This document shows, piece by piece, positions 13,668 to 28,614 of a stretch of DNA of 64,000 nt. The notes under the pieces were generated by a model. It was not told where the DNA came from, searched no databases, and saw nothing but the letters and a program-made list of their open reading frames with translations. Source of the DNA: Chiloscyllium plagiosum (lineage: Eukaryota). Both the position numbers and the translations under genes were made by a program. Position 1 is the stretch's first letter. Each line of letters opens with the position of its first letter. The DNA is taken from positions 28,035,974-28,099,973 of the forward strand of contig NC_057718.1 of assembly GCF_004010195.1 (NCBI RefSeq). Direction: 5' to 3'.

Positions 13668-14655
13668 TAAGAAAAATGTTTGTCTTCACTGGGGTTCTCG
13701 CTTCAGTATCTAACTTTGTCTTCTGTCTTGGTGCTCTCTTAAATTGTGATGGAGTATGGTGGCTGTCCTCTTGTATTGTCCAAACAGCATGGGCAATGAT
13801 GTGTGGAGCAAGTCAGATCAATCTTGTCCCTGTCCATGTCTGTATATTAGGGTAAAGTTCTGGTACACTCTTCCTAACAGAATTATGGGGATACCTTCAT
13901 ACTGCGGTGTTTTAAGAAGACAGTGAGGGCAGTCAGGGATAGTGAATAAAACCTGATCTTGCCAGTGAAGCCCACATCCTAAATATTGGATAAAAAAATC
14001 TTTTATGCACAATTGCAGGATCTGTGGCTGGGCTTTTTTTCCCCTTAGATCATTTTGTACTGTGACTAACAAACATGGAATGTGTTATGGATAGAATTGT
14101 TGTTATGCATAACTGTTGTTGTGCAGAAGTATTTATTTTACATAGGTTGTATGCATGTCAAAGAACAAATTGAATAGAGCACAGAAATTGGCAATATTTT
14201 TAACTTGAATTGTAGCTTTGTATTGAGCATTGCCATTGGTTGGAGAAAACATTTTTTTTGTAGTTTGATTTCGTTACCTTTTCGAGATCTGTTCTGCAGT
14301 CTGCAACGATTGGTACCTCAATTCAAATGGTAATGTTTCGAGGAGAGGCAGAAATCTTTCTAGGCCTGATGTCAGGGGTAGCATTTTAAATGAGATACAA
14401 ATTTTCAAGCTAGAAGTGAAGTTATGGATTTTATTGAGGCTTCAAAACAATTTGTGCTTGCCAAGACTCTACACAGTGTCGAAATGGTGCAAATTCTGAT
14501 TTTGAAAGTTTAGAATCATCAGAGGTAATTTGTTAAAACAAGTTCCAAAAAGGATACAGTTATTATCCAGTACTTGACCCAGTCAGAAAATGAGTACCAA
14601 TTGGGAGTTTAATTCTCTGAAGTATTTCATGGCGTTGTAAGACATTAATCTTTAG

Positions 14656-14787
<132 letters not shown>

Positions 14788-14870
14788 TGATTATTGTTTT
14801 TTCTGTTCTGTTTTATTTTCTCCTCAATTTCAGATCCAAGTGAAATTATTTTTGATGTCAATTAATACAG

Positions 14871-15014
14871 GTCTTGGGTTTATAGAAGATAATGAAATAT
14901 TTGACAATGCAATGGCCGGTGTTTGGATTAAAACAGACAGTAATCCCACACTCAGACGGAACAAAATCCATGATGGCCGAGACGGGGGTATCTGCATATT
15001 TAACGGAGGCAGGG
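14871..15014 (+). CDS. FBXO11: FBXO11 exon ([17 protein letters not shown]...GICIFNGGR)
   Basis: atacag| and |gtaagg, 144 nt. Confidence 0.97.
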
Positions 15015-17751
15015 GTAAGGATTTATAGCTTAAGATTAAAATAATTTGTACAGTTTAGATTCCCAAAGGTTAAATGGGGAAATGGACAGTCTGTGTGGAA
15101 CTAAGCCAAAAGGACCATGGTCCTGGTTTCATCCCTGGTGATGTTAGTTAATATCAGCTGGCCAAATGAAAAGGTGCTAAATTTACTTCCATATCCTTGG
15201 ACCAAACAAAATCAAAAAGGGGTTTTATTGGTAATGATCCAGTGATCTTAGTGTATGAATGCATCAGGTGTAAATTTGATGCCCTCACAATTGAGGTCCC
15301 TGATAATTCTGTCTCGATCCTTTGAGCATTGGCCATTTGGGTGAGGAGATGAGGACTGTTGGCACACATGGAGCCATACATGACTGACAGCAGCAACCTA
15401 CTAACCTACACCACATAAGATTTCTGAAAGATAGCTGTACATTTAATTTTAGTTAGTGTTATGAATTTAAAGTAACATTATTCAGTGAAGTGAATAATGT
15501 AATCTTTAAATCAAGAGATCCTGATGCTAAGGGAAAAAAATAATTATATGAACATTATTCAAATATAGTGTGGTCAGATCCATTGTAGAGTAGTAGTTGA
15601 TGAACATGGACTAAATTTTAATGCAGATTCTAGAATTAAAAAGGGAGTCATTGTATCGTGAAGATCTACTTATGTAAAATGATTGTCTTTCCAGGTTTCT
15701 TAGTTTTAAAGTAGTTTTATTTCTTCTGACTATAGTCTGGCTAATTTATTTGATAAATCCTGATAGCACTATCAAATTAACAAATAATTTGGCTCGTATT
15801 ACATTGTTGAGGTGATAGTACATGTTAATCTTTGGTCTTCTTGATCAAGTAGAATATTTTACGTCTATTCATGTTATTGAGGAAAGTTAGGAGTTCTGTC
15901 TCTTAGCATCACTGAAACAGATTATCTATACATTAATTTCTTTATATTTGTTACTTATGCGACCATGCACTTTACATATTTGGCTACATATTGGTGATTA
16001 TCAAATTCAACAATCAAAGTTTACAGTATGGTTATGTACTGGGGTCATGGTGATTGCTGTATGAATGCATGATAGTTTTGGAAAAGATAAAAGAAGGATA
16101 AATTTACGGTCAAGATGAGATCAATGGTTGAAACGCACAAATGTCAACTCCACTAAAATTGTCAATGTTTTAAGTGAGCATTCTCTGAAATTAATCAAAA
16201 AAGAGTATTTGTTACCAGTTTACATTGTAGACATTTTCAAAGTTGCTGGTTTACAATGCTCGTTTACTTTGAATAGATATAGCTGTACTTATTCCTTAAT
16301 TGCATTGTTCATATCTTTCATTGCATACCACGAATGTGATATTCATCACGATGTAACTGAAGAATAATTTGAACAAAAATGTTTCTGTAGTCTTCACTGT
16401 TTTATTTTGTTTGTGATTCCTGAGCAGTGATAGATGTTAGTTGGATGAAACTGAATGTTCCTCCATTCATTTTTGAGTCTATTGTGTTTATCCAGTATTC
16501 CAAAGTCAGATATCAGGAAGTAATTTTGAGGTGCATTTCAATAATAACTCTTGCTGTAAAATATCCCAAAATTCTTCAAAAGAATATATTAAGTAAAATT
16601 TGACATTGAGCCACCTAATAACATATGAAAGCAATGAACAAAAACATAATCCGAGAAATGTGATGAAGCATCTTCAGAGACTCAGAGTATCTTTGGGAGT
16701 GAAATACAGATTTTGTGGCTTTGGCAGCAAAAGATATGGCTGTCTGTGGTGGAGCAATTAAAATTGTATGTGCGAGTCAGATTTGGATGAGTCCAGAAAT
16801 CTTAAAGTTGTCGGGCTGAAGGAGACTATAGAAATAGGGGAGGGAAGAGAGCACAGAAGTATTTTTTTCTTCTTTAAAACTGAGAATCTTCAAAGTTGAG
16901 GCATGCTGGACCAGGGGTCAGTGTCAATCAGTGAGCACAGTAGTAATGTGTGACTGCTGTTATGATCCAGCTTGTGTTACTACTGTACTACTGGATAAGT
17001 CAGTTCCCAGAGTAAAATCTGACTTAATGTGACAAGATTTCATTGAAACTTAAACCGAAACAAACCAGGCGTCAGATTTGGTTGTAACAATAAAACAGAA
17101 GTTTATCTCACTAGACAAATAATAAAAAAAAGCAAGCTATTATGGTGGCAGTTTGACAGATTTCAGACGCATGGCAAAGTGCCATCTATTCCTCAAATCA
17201 TAAAGTCACTCAAAACGATAGAGAAGAATTCCCTCCCCTGTCCAAACTGTAGGTTTGACTTAATTGCTTTTTCCCTCCCTCAGACGTTTCTTGCCATGTG
17301 AGCTGAAAAGTCTCTTCCTTGAATCCTCACACCACTGAGATCGTAGAATCTCTCAGCTTTGAACAACCAGTGTAGATTGCTTACCAAACAATTTGAGTCT
17401 GGAAGTTTTCACAAATTGAAACCCTTACACTGAGGTGACTTAGCCCCTTCCCTGCTGTGAACAAACTCCTTGTTCTAGGATAAACTTTTCACTCATTCGA
17501 CTTCAGTCATGTCTCCTTCAAGTTGAACTCAAGCTTGTAACTAAGTTTAAAGGAAACTTATTAATTCTAGCTTCTGCTAAGCTAATGACTTCATGCATTT
17601 TCTCTTATCGCAACCTTACACCAGGCCTGCAGTTATCTACTCTCTGACACAAGCTGGTTTAAAATCATGATTCCGAAAAGACTAATCTAACTAAGTATGA
17701 AATTCCTTCATCCAAAAGAATATCTGCATGCAACTAGCTTGAAATCCAAGA

Positions 17752-19163
17752 CCCGACCTCAAAACTAGAGAACCGAATTACAGCCCTCCTCAAAAAAACT
17801 TTAGAAATCTGGAGAAATAAATAAGACCGACATCCAAAAAATGAAACCAGATGGATCCAACACACCATGCTTCTACGGATTGCCCAAAATTCACAAACCA
17901 GGAGCCCACCTTCAGACCCATAGTCTCGCTACCTGGAACACCAACTTACAGATTGGCTAAGTAGCTACACCAAATCTAAAACACTTAGTAGAAGACTCAC
18001 ACAACTCTATCCACTCCACCCAAGAATTCCTGAAGCCCATCAAAGACTCTAAGATAGATGAGGATGAAATAATAGTCTCCTTTGATGAAACAGCCTGTTC
18101 ACATCAATCAGCATCAACCTGGCCAAAGAAACACTGACTACACTATTAGAGTATCCAAAGACATACACCAAACACCACCAATGTCATCAGCAAGGACAGT
18201 ATTGTCAAATTAGTGGACCTATGCCTTACCACCTACTTCACCTTTAACAACAAAACCTACAGACAAACCAGCGGAACACCCGTGGGATCTCCGATATCAG
18301 GGTTCTTAGAGACTCGAACAAACAGCTATGCCAACCATCCAACCCAAACTTTGGGTTCACTGCGTGGATAACACCTTTGTCATCACTAAACGAAACAAAT
18401 TAGAGGAAACCTTCAAGGCCATCAATAATACCCTTACTGGCATAAAATTCACTAAAGAGGAGGAAAACAACAACAAACTGCCATTCCTAGATGTCACAGT
18501 AGAGCGAACAGTCAATGGGGAACTTCAAACCAAGGTCTACAGGAAAACAGTACATGTGACCAAATATTGAACTACAGAAGCAATCATCCCAACATCCACA
18601 AACGAAGCTGCATCAGAACATTATTTCAATGAGCCATCAAGCACTGCAGCACAAAGGAACTAAGCAGAGCAGAGGAATATCACCTATACCATGTATTCAA
18701 AAAGAATGGGCACTCAATGAACACAGTCCGCCGATTTCTCAGCAACAAACCCAAACAAGCAGACAAAACACGTTCAGAAACCCGAGCCACATCCCCTACA
18801 TCAAAGACGTCTCGGAAATGACTGCCAGACTACTCAGACCTCTTGGTATCATGGTCGCGCACAAACCCACCAACACACTAAAACAGCAGCTAATGAATTT
18901 GAAAGACTCTATACAGACAACAAGCAAAACTAATGTAATGACATCACCATAGGAAATGGCAGCACCACAGGAAATGACATCACCAACCCAAACACATAAA
19001 TAGAAAGCAGGAAACATCAGCTGTGCTTCGTCCAGAAGCTCACTGAAGATGTTACCTAGTAAGGTGATGAAACGTCTGAAAATTAACCTTTCAGCTCAGT
19101 GAGCAAACAAACCTACATCCAGAACCCTAACCTGAGCTACAAATTGTCTCAAAACTCACTAAT
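17752..19163 (+). mobile_element. Penelope-like retroelement, 5'-truncated, RT region with GIY-YIG region apparently deleted
   Basis: FYGLPKIHKPG, GTPVGSPISG, CVDNTF (decayed YVDD), KFTKEEENNNKLPFLDV, VYRK; flanked by 8-bp direct repeat atccaaga (17744-17751, 19164-19171). Confidence 0.9.
19040..19079 (+). ncRNA. Minimal hammerhead ribozyme motif in PLE terminal region
   Basis: TCA-CTGAAGA-T-GTTACC tagtaa GGTGAT-GAAAC-GTC-TGA: intact core, 6-bp stem II, palindromic ACGT stem III, 3-bp stem I. Confidence 0.75.
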
Positions 19164-21389
19164 ATCCAAGATCTTAAAGATTCAAGTTAGTTTTCTTTAT
19201 TACAGTCACAGAGAAAGTTCGAGTTATGGGATAGTTGAGTTTCAGCTGAGTTTGTGCTCATAGATAATGTTAGTTGTCCTGTGGAATATTAGAATAAAGT
19301 CTGTAGGAAACAAAGACTTTTGATTAACAGTTTAAGAGCTGATAAGTTGAACCATTAGTGGATTTGGATGTTGTTGGAACTTGAAGTGGGTGGTCTTAGT
19401 GATGCAACAGATATGTGTTCGTATTTTAATCATCAGTAATACTTGGCAAACTCACTGTTGACTTAGTTCATTGTTTATAATTATGGCTTGTTGGATTGCA
19501 ACCAGAATTAGTGACAGCAATTGATGGTATTTTCATGTTTTTTCTGGTTACACTAGCAGCAGCATTCCATTCTTTGGAGTACTTGGGTGATTTGTTCTAA
19601 AAATGTGACAAAGAATACACATTGATCATTAGGTTAGGTTCATCTGATCTTAGCTTGAATGAATGCTTAGGCTTGCTCAGCTCAGCTCCGTTTCACTGTG
19701 GTTCAGAAATCCAAGTTAAATCCATATAGAGGCAGAGCAATGATGTGGGGGGAGAAAAACCCAGAAGGATATCTGTTATTGCACTGCTTCCTGCAGTTGA
19801 AAGATTTAGGAAGCTATTTCTTATAGTTCAGGAACTCCCCTTCAAAATTTTTCATTGTCATTTAAAAAACTTAATGCTTAAAGTATTGTTTTCTACACTG
19901 TAATCAGTTGGCTTCTTGTCAAATTATAATTGAAGAATGAGGAACTTCCAGCACTAAAGAGTTCCTCATGCAAGTTTAATTCAGTCTGGAATTTAAAATA
20001 TATTGTTGATAAAGGTCTCCTGTAGAATGTTACAGGTCACTTGTATAACTAGTTAACTCCATCCTGGAAACAAACTAACAAGCAAGCAGCAAGTCTGCAG
20101 CTGACCTCAAGTAACGATGTATGCTTAACTGAATCTTTGAAAAAGGAAGTTATTCTTAAGTTACATTTTCAATTGGAGATTTCAGTATAGGCACATTGAA
20201 GGAGAAAGCAAGAGTGATGTGAAAGCTGAAATACTTTACAGATGGTACTGCAGTGATTAAACTCCTGGTTAAAATATAGTATTTGAAGTATTCATTAGAA
20301 GCCCATTCATACTTTACCAGTTGTGTTGTACTCCAGCTCCTCTCCATGTCTTGTCACTCTGGCTTTATCCAGCTTTATAGAATCTATTTTTAAAAATCAA
20401 TATTGCTCTTGATTGCATTTGTAACCAGGAATGTTGTACCATATTATTCTGTACATTGCAGGCAAATTGTGTTTCTGCATGCGACTATTATAATGAGTCG
20501 AATTGTAGTTGATTCCTGAAGTTGTCAGTCTCTCAAACATCATTTGATTAAGATGACTAGTTCTGAGATGTGATGTAACATGCAGCATTTTTGATTTGCT
20601 GATTCCTCAAGTCCATCTGTACTGTCCTGACACATTCATAATGGAATTATTGACTGTCATTGAATGGCAATCAATTTCTCTCATTTAGTCTATAACCATC
20701 AAACATGTGGTGAGGAAAATGCACCAGTGGAGGATGTGTTTGGAACTGTAAATCCAAAGTAACATGTTCCTTCCAGGCCTGTTCTGTCTCAATTTAGACA
20801 TATGTTTATATCCTGTTGTGTTCTTCTCTAAAAGAAATTTATCTACATTGCATTTGAAGGAATCACTATTTTCTTTTGTTGTCTTCCGAGGAAGCCATCT
20901 CTTTAGATTTATCACTTGCTCAATGAAATATTGGCCCACATGGGAGCTAAGGAGCATGCCTGTTCATTACAAATTTTCACTTGTCCTGAAACTTATTTTC
21001 CCATGAAACACAATGGATGTGAGTCTGTACTAAATGATGAAGCTAACAATGTATGTCATTAACCAGTGAGATAAGGATTTGAAAAGGGGAATGAGTGCAA
21101 AGGAAATCTGATCAATTAAAGTAAAACCAGATACAGAAAGAAGTAAAAAGCGTGAAAGAAAGATTGGAGTAAGGAAGAAGAGAAAAGAAGAAATAAGACA
21201 AGTGACAAATGAAAATAATCTGTTTCCTAAATTGTGGCTGTTGATTAGAATTGCAAGAATGTGCATTTCATTTTGAAAAATGTCCTTCCATGGTCAGGTA
21301 CTAGTCCTAATAATTTGAAGTAACTCATGAGGAGACTGAGAACGAGGCATTGTTTGACAGTCTAAAGAGCATAACCTGGGAAAAGGAAT

Positions 21390-24300
21390 CAAAATTAGGC
21401 TGTATGGCCCTTTAACATTGCTCTGCCGTTCAGAAAGAGCTTGGCTTTAACTCCACTTTCCTGCCTGTTAGTTAGAACCCCAGACTCCCCTCCAGAATCT
21501 GTATATCTTGGCTTTGAACATAATTCGATGATTCTGCCTCCATAGCAACCTGCGGTAGAGGGGTCTGAGATTTCCACATCTGTATCATAAATAGCTGACC
21601 ATGGAATTTTGCATGATTCAATAAGGTAAGAGTCATAGCGATCCACAGCACAGAAAAAGATCTTTCTACCCATCACATCCATGCCGGGCAAAAACAATAG
21701 CTATTCTAATTCCATATTCCAGCAGTTGATCTATAGCCTTGTATGCCTTGGCATTGCAAGTGCCCATCTAAAAATTTCTTAAATGTTAAGGGTTTCTGCC
21801 TTGCCTCTACAACCCTTATAGAAATTTCCAGATTCCCACCACTCTCCGGGTGAAAGTATTCTCCTCTAAATCTTTTCTCCCTTACCTTAAATCTATGCGC
21901 ATGGCCATTGATTCTTCCAGTTTCTTCTGTCTCCCCTATCTATGCCCCTCATCATTTTATATATATCAATCATGTACCCTCTCAATTTCCACTGCTGTCT
22001 GATCTCTCTTCATAATTGAGACTCTTCAGTGCAGGCAATATCTTGATAAGCCTCCTCTGAATCCTCATTTGTACTATCACATCCCTCGTACAATGTGGAT
22101 TCTCGACCTGCATACAGTCCTCTACCTGTGGTCTATCTAACATTTTATACAGTTCCAACATGAACTTGTTTTTCTTAAACTATTCTCTTAAACTAACAAA
22201 GCCATGTATCCCATATGCCACTTTAACCACTTTATTCACCTATCCTGATACCTTAAGGGACTATTGTACATGTACACCAAGGTGTCTCTGATCATCGGTG
22301 CTTCCCTGGTCATACCATTCGTCTCAGACTCCCTTTATTTGTCATGTGTAAGTGCATCACCTTACATCTATCCCGATTGAATTCCATTTCTCAGCTTACC
22401 TACATTCTCTTGCAGTCAGAAGCTATCGTCCTTCCTATTTAGGAGCCCGTCAAATTTTGTATCATCTGTGAACTTACTGATCAACCCTCCTACATTCAAG
22501 TCTAAATCATTTGTATAAACCACAAACAGTGAGGGCCCTAACACTGAACCCCTGTGGTACTACACTAGGCACAGACTTTTAGTTGGAAAAGCACCCCTGT
22601 ACCATTCTGCTTTGCTTCCTGCCACTCTGTCAATTAAAGATCTAATTTTCCAAATTTCATTTAATCTCGTGGGCGCTTACCTTTGTTATCAGTCTTCCAT
22701 GATGGGACCTTATCAAGAGGGATGCTGATGTCCAAGTAGATTATGTCAAAAGCATTGCCCTCATCTACACACCTGGTCACTTCTTCAAGAAAAATCATTC
22801 AAGTGAATTCCTGTCTCTCCAAATGTAGATTAATTCTGTCTCTCTATTGCTTCCAATAGTTTCCCCACCAGTGAGATTAGACTGACCTGCCTGTAGTTTC
22901 CTGTATTATTCCTTGCTGCCTTCATGAATAAGTGTATCACATTGGCTGTCCTTTTGTCCTCTGGCATGTCTCTTATGGCCAGAGAAGAATTGAAAACTTT
23001 TACAACTCTCCTATTTTCTCTGTTGCCTCACTCAACAACATGGTGTGCATTTTATCTGGCTGTTGAACTTATCTACATTTAAATCTGCCAGACCACTCAG
23101 AACATCCACTTTGTCTATGCTAATTTATTTAATTGTAGCACAGACCTTCTCCCTTATTTCTAAATCCAGATTGTCCCTCTCACTAATGAATAGTGATGCA
23201 AATATCCATTTAGGAGCCTACCTATATCTTATGGCTCCATGCTGAAATTATCACTAGTCCTTATCTGGCCCTACTCTTTCCCTCATTATCCTTTTACAAT
23301 TAATTTACTTGTAAAACGATTTGGGATACTGGCAGTTAAACTAAAGGAAAATCCTTCCATGTCCCCTTTTTGCTCTCCTAATCTCCCTTTGGAATGTGCA
23401 AGAGGGAATTTCATACTCCTCTCGTGCTTCTGCTATTTTGAGCCCTTGGTTTCTTAATCTAGTGCTGTATATCCTTCAATTTCCAGTGTTCACAGGGTCG
23501 TCTTTTCTCCTTGTAAACTCTCATTATATATGCTCAATCTGCTCAAACGTTCCCCATAAGGTAGCCCCATGATTCCAGGTGTCAACCTAGTGAAATAAAA
23601 CAAAGAACTGTGGATGCTGGTGATCTGAAACAAACAGAAACGACAATTCTTTGGTTTATTTCTCAGGGTAATGGTATAATGAGTGAAAGTCCAGCTGCCT
23701 TATTTAAAACACATCCTGGTCATCAAACTGGTACAAAGGTAGAGGTGTTGCCTTAAACCCCTCTTGTACAGTATAAATCCTGTTTTCCTTTTTTTTTTGC
23801 AAATTGCACTAATGAGTATGAAACTAAAAGCTTTGACAAAATTTTTTTTTCAACAATATTCAAGATTGTAAGTAGTTGTCGATCCCAGTGGCACCTGACC
23901 AGTTAAATTTGTCAGCTTTTATTTTTGAATCTGTTTTCTATTAGTTGGCCAATCTTCAACTTATGCATGATTGCCCCAGAACCATGAAATCTGTGTGGTA
24001 ACTTCTTTTTGTGGCAAATTATCAAATGTCTTTTGGAAATCCAAATGTAAGTTATCTAGTGGCTTCCCTTAATTCGCAATGGTCGTAACATCGTTTTTTA
24101 AAAAAAACTTTTTAACTCTTAACAGATTTGTCAAACACTATTTCCCTTTCACACAATCGGTGTCATTTAGGTTTCATGTGATTTTCTAAATATTGTGCTT
24201 CAACTAATGGGTTCCAGCATTTTCACAATGATAGATTTTTAGGTTAACTGACCTGTAGATTCCTCCTTTTTGTCTCCCTCCTTTCTTGAATGTAGAGTTA

Positions 24301-25200
24301 TACAGCACGGAAACAGACCCTTCGGTCCAACCAGCTCATGCCAACCATGATCCCGAACTAAACTCCCACCTGTCTGCTCTTGGCTCATTATCCCTTCAAA
24401 TATTTCTTATTCATGTACTTATCCAAATGTCTTTTAAATGTAACTCTATTCTCATCTACCACTTCCTCTCGAAGTTGATTCCACACATGAATCTCTCTCT
24501 CAAAAAAAAAGCCCCTCAAAAATCTTTTTCCTCTCACCTTAAATGCCCTCAGTCTTGAAATCTCCAATCATAAAGAAAAGTCATCTGCCATTCTCCTTCT
24601 CCTCGTGTATGGTCATCCCTCAACTACCTACGTGCAAGTGAAACAAGTCCCAGCTTATCCAGCCTCTCCTTATAACTCAATCCCCTTCTTCTGAACCTTC
24701 TCTAACTTAATATCCTTCTTATAACAGGGACAGTAGAACAGGACGCAGTACTGTGGAAGAGGACTCACCATGTCCACTACAACCGCAACGTAACGTCCCA
24801 ACTTTCATACTCAAAACTCTGAGCAATGAAAGCAAGTGAGCTTGACTTAACTACCCTATCAAACTTCAAAGAGTTGTGTACCTGAACCCTTGGGTCTCTG
24901 TTCTATAACACTACCCAAGGCCCTACTTTTAATTGTAAAATTACATTTTACCAAAATGTAATACCTTGCATGTATCCAAATGAAACTCCATCTGCCTCGC
25001 TTCAGCCCATTGACCCAATTGATCACGATCTCTTTGAAATCATAGATAACCTTCTTTACTGTCCACTATACCATCAATTTTGGTGTCATCTGCAAAATTC
25101 CTAACCATGCCGCCTTTATGCTCATCTGGATCGTTTTTATATAAATGACAAACAAAAGTGGACTCAGCACTGATCCCGGTGGAGTACCACTAGTCTTATA
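21390..25200 (-). mobile_element. Cluster of decayed CR1/L2-type LINE fragments
   Basis: Several 3' tails (21640 and 24293 tagagttatacagcacggaaacagaccc) and RT motifs (GSVLSPLLFVIYI at ~25130-25190). Confidence 0.75.
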
Positions 25201-28200
25201 TTTATTGGTTTTATATTTATAGTTCTTCAATTCGCTGGAACCTTTGCAAATTGTAACCACATTTCTGCAGCTGTTTTATGATCTTAGGATACAGACCATC
25301 AGGTACATAGGACTTCCCAAATACCAAGTTTGCAAAGTGCTTTTTTCTAGTGGTAGTTTTTTTAGATTACTACTTATAACTCATGATTTTCCAATTATTG
25401 GAATGCTTTTAATGTCATTTACTGGAAAGACACAAAATACTTATGCAAAGCACCTGACATTTTCTTGTTTCTTAATAATTCTCATTCTTTGAGAGACGAT
25501 GTTTAATTAATGGAGTCATCTCTTCATTTCAAGCACATGCAGAAAGTTTTGCTATTTGCTTTACGTTTGCTGCTGATCTCTGCTCACCTTTTTAGATGCC
25601 TTTTGGTTTCTAGAATGTTTCCAATCTTCTGGCCGCCATTCTTCTTTCAGTTTGATACCATAGTACTTTAAGTAGCTATGGATGGTGCATCCTTCTCAAG
25701 TCTTTTTCTTCCTCAGTGGGTTATATTTTTAAAAATTATGAAATAGTGCTCAAACATCTGCTTATCAGCCTCCTTACCATTTTAATGTTTTCCCTGTCCA
25801 CTTCAGCCAATTCTGCCTTCATACCCTTGTAATTACCTTTTTTTCAGTTTAAGACACCAGTTTCAGATTTTATTACACAACACGTGTTAATCATGTGGAA
25901 CTCTACCTAGGAGGGTAATGGCAGTGGTGGAATTGAAGGTTGAAGAAGGGAACTGGATAGCCATTTTTCACAGAACTTCTGGGATAAAACAGGGAATAAG
26001 TTTTTGAGATTGCTCCACAGTGAGCCAGCATTGACTTCATTGGCCAGGTGGCCTTTTTTGTAGTGTGGTGACTCAATTACCCACGTTTCTCATCCTCAAA
26101 CTGAATAGGAACTTCATTGTTTTGATGACTCTTTGGAATGACCTTTTACTATGATGCCATTAATTTATCGTAACTCATTACGTATTACATGATTTAAAAT
26201 GGCTTGTTCCATGGATGATTCCACAATGTATTGTTCTAAAAAACTGGCCTGAATGCATTCCATTAACTCTTACTCAAAGCTGCTTTTGCAAATTTTATTT
26301 GTTCAGTCTCGAAGCTTAAAATTGTCCATCACATTGCAGAACCTTTCTCAAAATCCTTCATTTTAGTAAAAGAATTGTACTCTGTCTGACAAAGTAACTA
26401 CTATTTGAGGTTGGATGAACTGTTTCACCAGTGACGTCTTTCCCTTGCTATTTCTTTATTCTACCCAAATTGATTCTACATCTCAATCGTCTGCATAATG
26501 AAAATTTCTCATGACTGTAGTGATCTCATCCTTTATTAACAAATCTGATCAAGTTATTTTCTGCCTATCCTTCTGAAATTTGAGGATCTCTGAATATCCA
26601 GTTTCCATTTTTGGTCACCTTGCAACTGTATCTCTAATTGCTATCAGATAATATATATTTATTTCTCTTTGTCACCTGTCTCATTAAAAAGTGCTCCATA
26701 CATTCAGATAAAGAACATTTAGTGTAGTTGCTTTACTGTTTTAGATCTAATCTGATCCTGTTGGCAGTTGCAGTCTTATTTTTGTACATTCTGCTGTTTG
26801 TCAGTTGGTTTATTGTGATCTGTATCTTTACCTGCACTATTGCCTTGTCCTTTCTCTAACTTGCTGAAGTTCTCCCCTCACTTTAGTCCTCCAAGCACAC
26901 CTCTCCCCTTTTTAAAAAAAAAAAATCCTTTGACGGCTTTACATACTTGATTTGCTGGGACATTGTTCTCATCAGAGTTCAAATGCAGTCCATCCAATGG
27001 AGCAGATCTTTGCACCAGTAATGATGTCAGTAGCCTGTGAATGAAACCCATTTCTGCCACACCATTCTTGAGGCCATACATGAAATACTGTATTTTATAG
27101 AACGCATGGCAATGTGCTTGTGGCTCCAATAGCAGTGTACAGATTACTACATTTTGTGATTCTGCTTTATAACTTAGACCCAAGTTGCTCATACAATTTT
27201 GTGCAGAACCTGTGTTCTTAAATATCAGTGGACTACGTGGACCATGGGAATTTTCCACCGTCTTATTCATTAGCTTTCAGCTCCAAGGGGAGCAATGTAG
27301 CCCTTGCAATTCTTACTCTTGAGTGCAGAGAATTCTCTATCCCTCTAGTTACGTAGCTCTGGCTATTATTAAATTCTTTTTTTTACTTTCCTGACTTGAA
27401 TGCCCCCTTTTTCCATGGTTATTGTGCTCATTGAGCCTGCTGTAGCCCATACAGGTTGCAAGAACCCTCTACCTGTTCAAGTACAAAACAGAAACTCTTC
27501 CTCCTGGATTCCCATGCCTGTTTCAGTTATAGTCGTATGTCCTCTGAGCACAAACAGCATTTGAAGTATTCTACTTAGTGTCATTGCTTCTTGGAACAAT
27601 TTGGTGCAGATACCACTCCCCTCTCTTGTTCATCAGTATAAGCTCTAACCATGGAGTGGTATAAATAGTGCCAACAACTTGTGAAGGTTTGTGTTTCACA
27701 GGGTACTTCTTTCTTGCTGTTAGTCATTGGATGATTTACATATTATTCAAAACTAGTGCATTATACTGTTGTTATTTTGGCAGTAATTTTTTTTTTAAAT
27801 TCACCCCTCAAATGCAGGTCCTGCCTCTGCTCTTATTGTGGAGAAAATGAAACCGTTTATCATTGTCTATACTATCTACGTGTAACTCAGTTTCTTGTAG
27901 CTACTGATCACTTGGAGAACTCTCCTGTAACTGCTCAATACCTGCATTTCTTCTACTGCACATAGTGGTGTGATGTTGCAGCTACTATTCATAAAAAGTA
28001 GAAAGATTACCCACTATTACAGCTCAGTGTTGATCTTGTAATACCTCCAAAAATTAGCTTCAGTTACTGCCAACGGGCATTGTCGCAGCATCTTTAGTTT
28101 GTTGTTCAGGATCCTTATCATCATTTATATTGCAATTCTCTACATTAATTTAACATTAAGGGAAGGTGGCCACAGTACTTCAAGAAGGCAGCTTGGTACC

Positions 28201-28614
28201 TTTTCAAGAGCAACATATTTGTAATTTGCCAACCTCATTAGCTTTGTATTATCTTGAAATTTAGCACATGCTTAGAACTGCGAGTGTTCATCATTTATGA
28301 AACTGAATGGATCATTAGATCTTGAATTTTTGTTTGATTTAACTTTGAGGTTTGCACATTTTGTGGAAGTGGGTTTTGAGGAATTAAATTCTTCAAAGCA
28401 TTTCCTCTCTGTTACTCAGAAACAAGTACAGAGTTTGTGGGATTTTATTGCAGATACCAATTTCTTGAGTCAGTGATGGGTAATATCCTGCAATTAATAT
28501 GAATATAAATAGAATTGCTTCGCAAAATGGCAAGATTTGGTTTGGAATTTCAAACTGCAGCTGAACTCTTATGAAAAGCAATTATACAGTCAACTACTGA
28601 CTTGATATTTTTGC

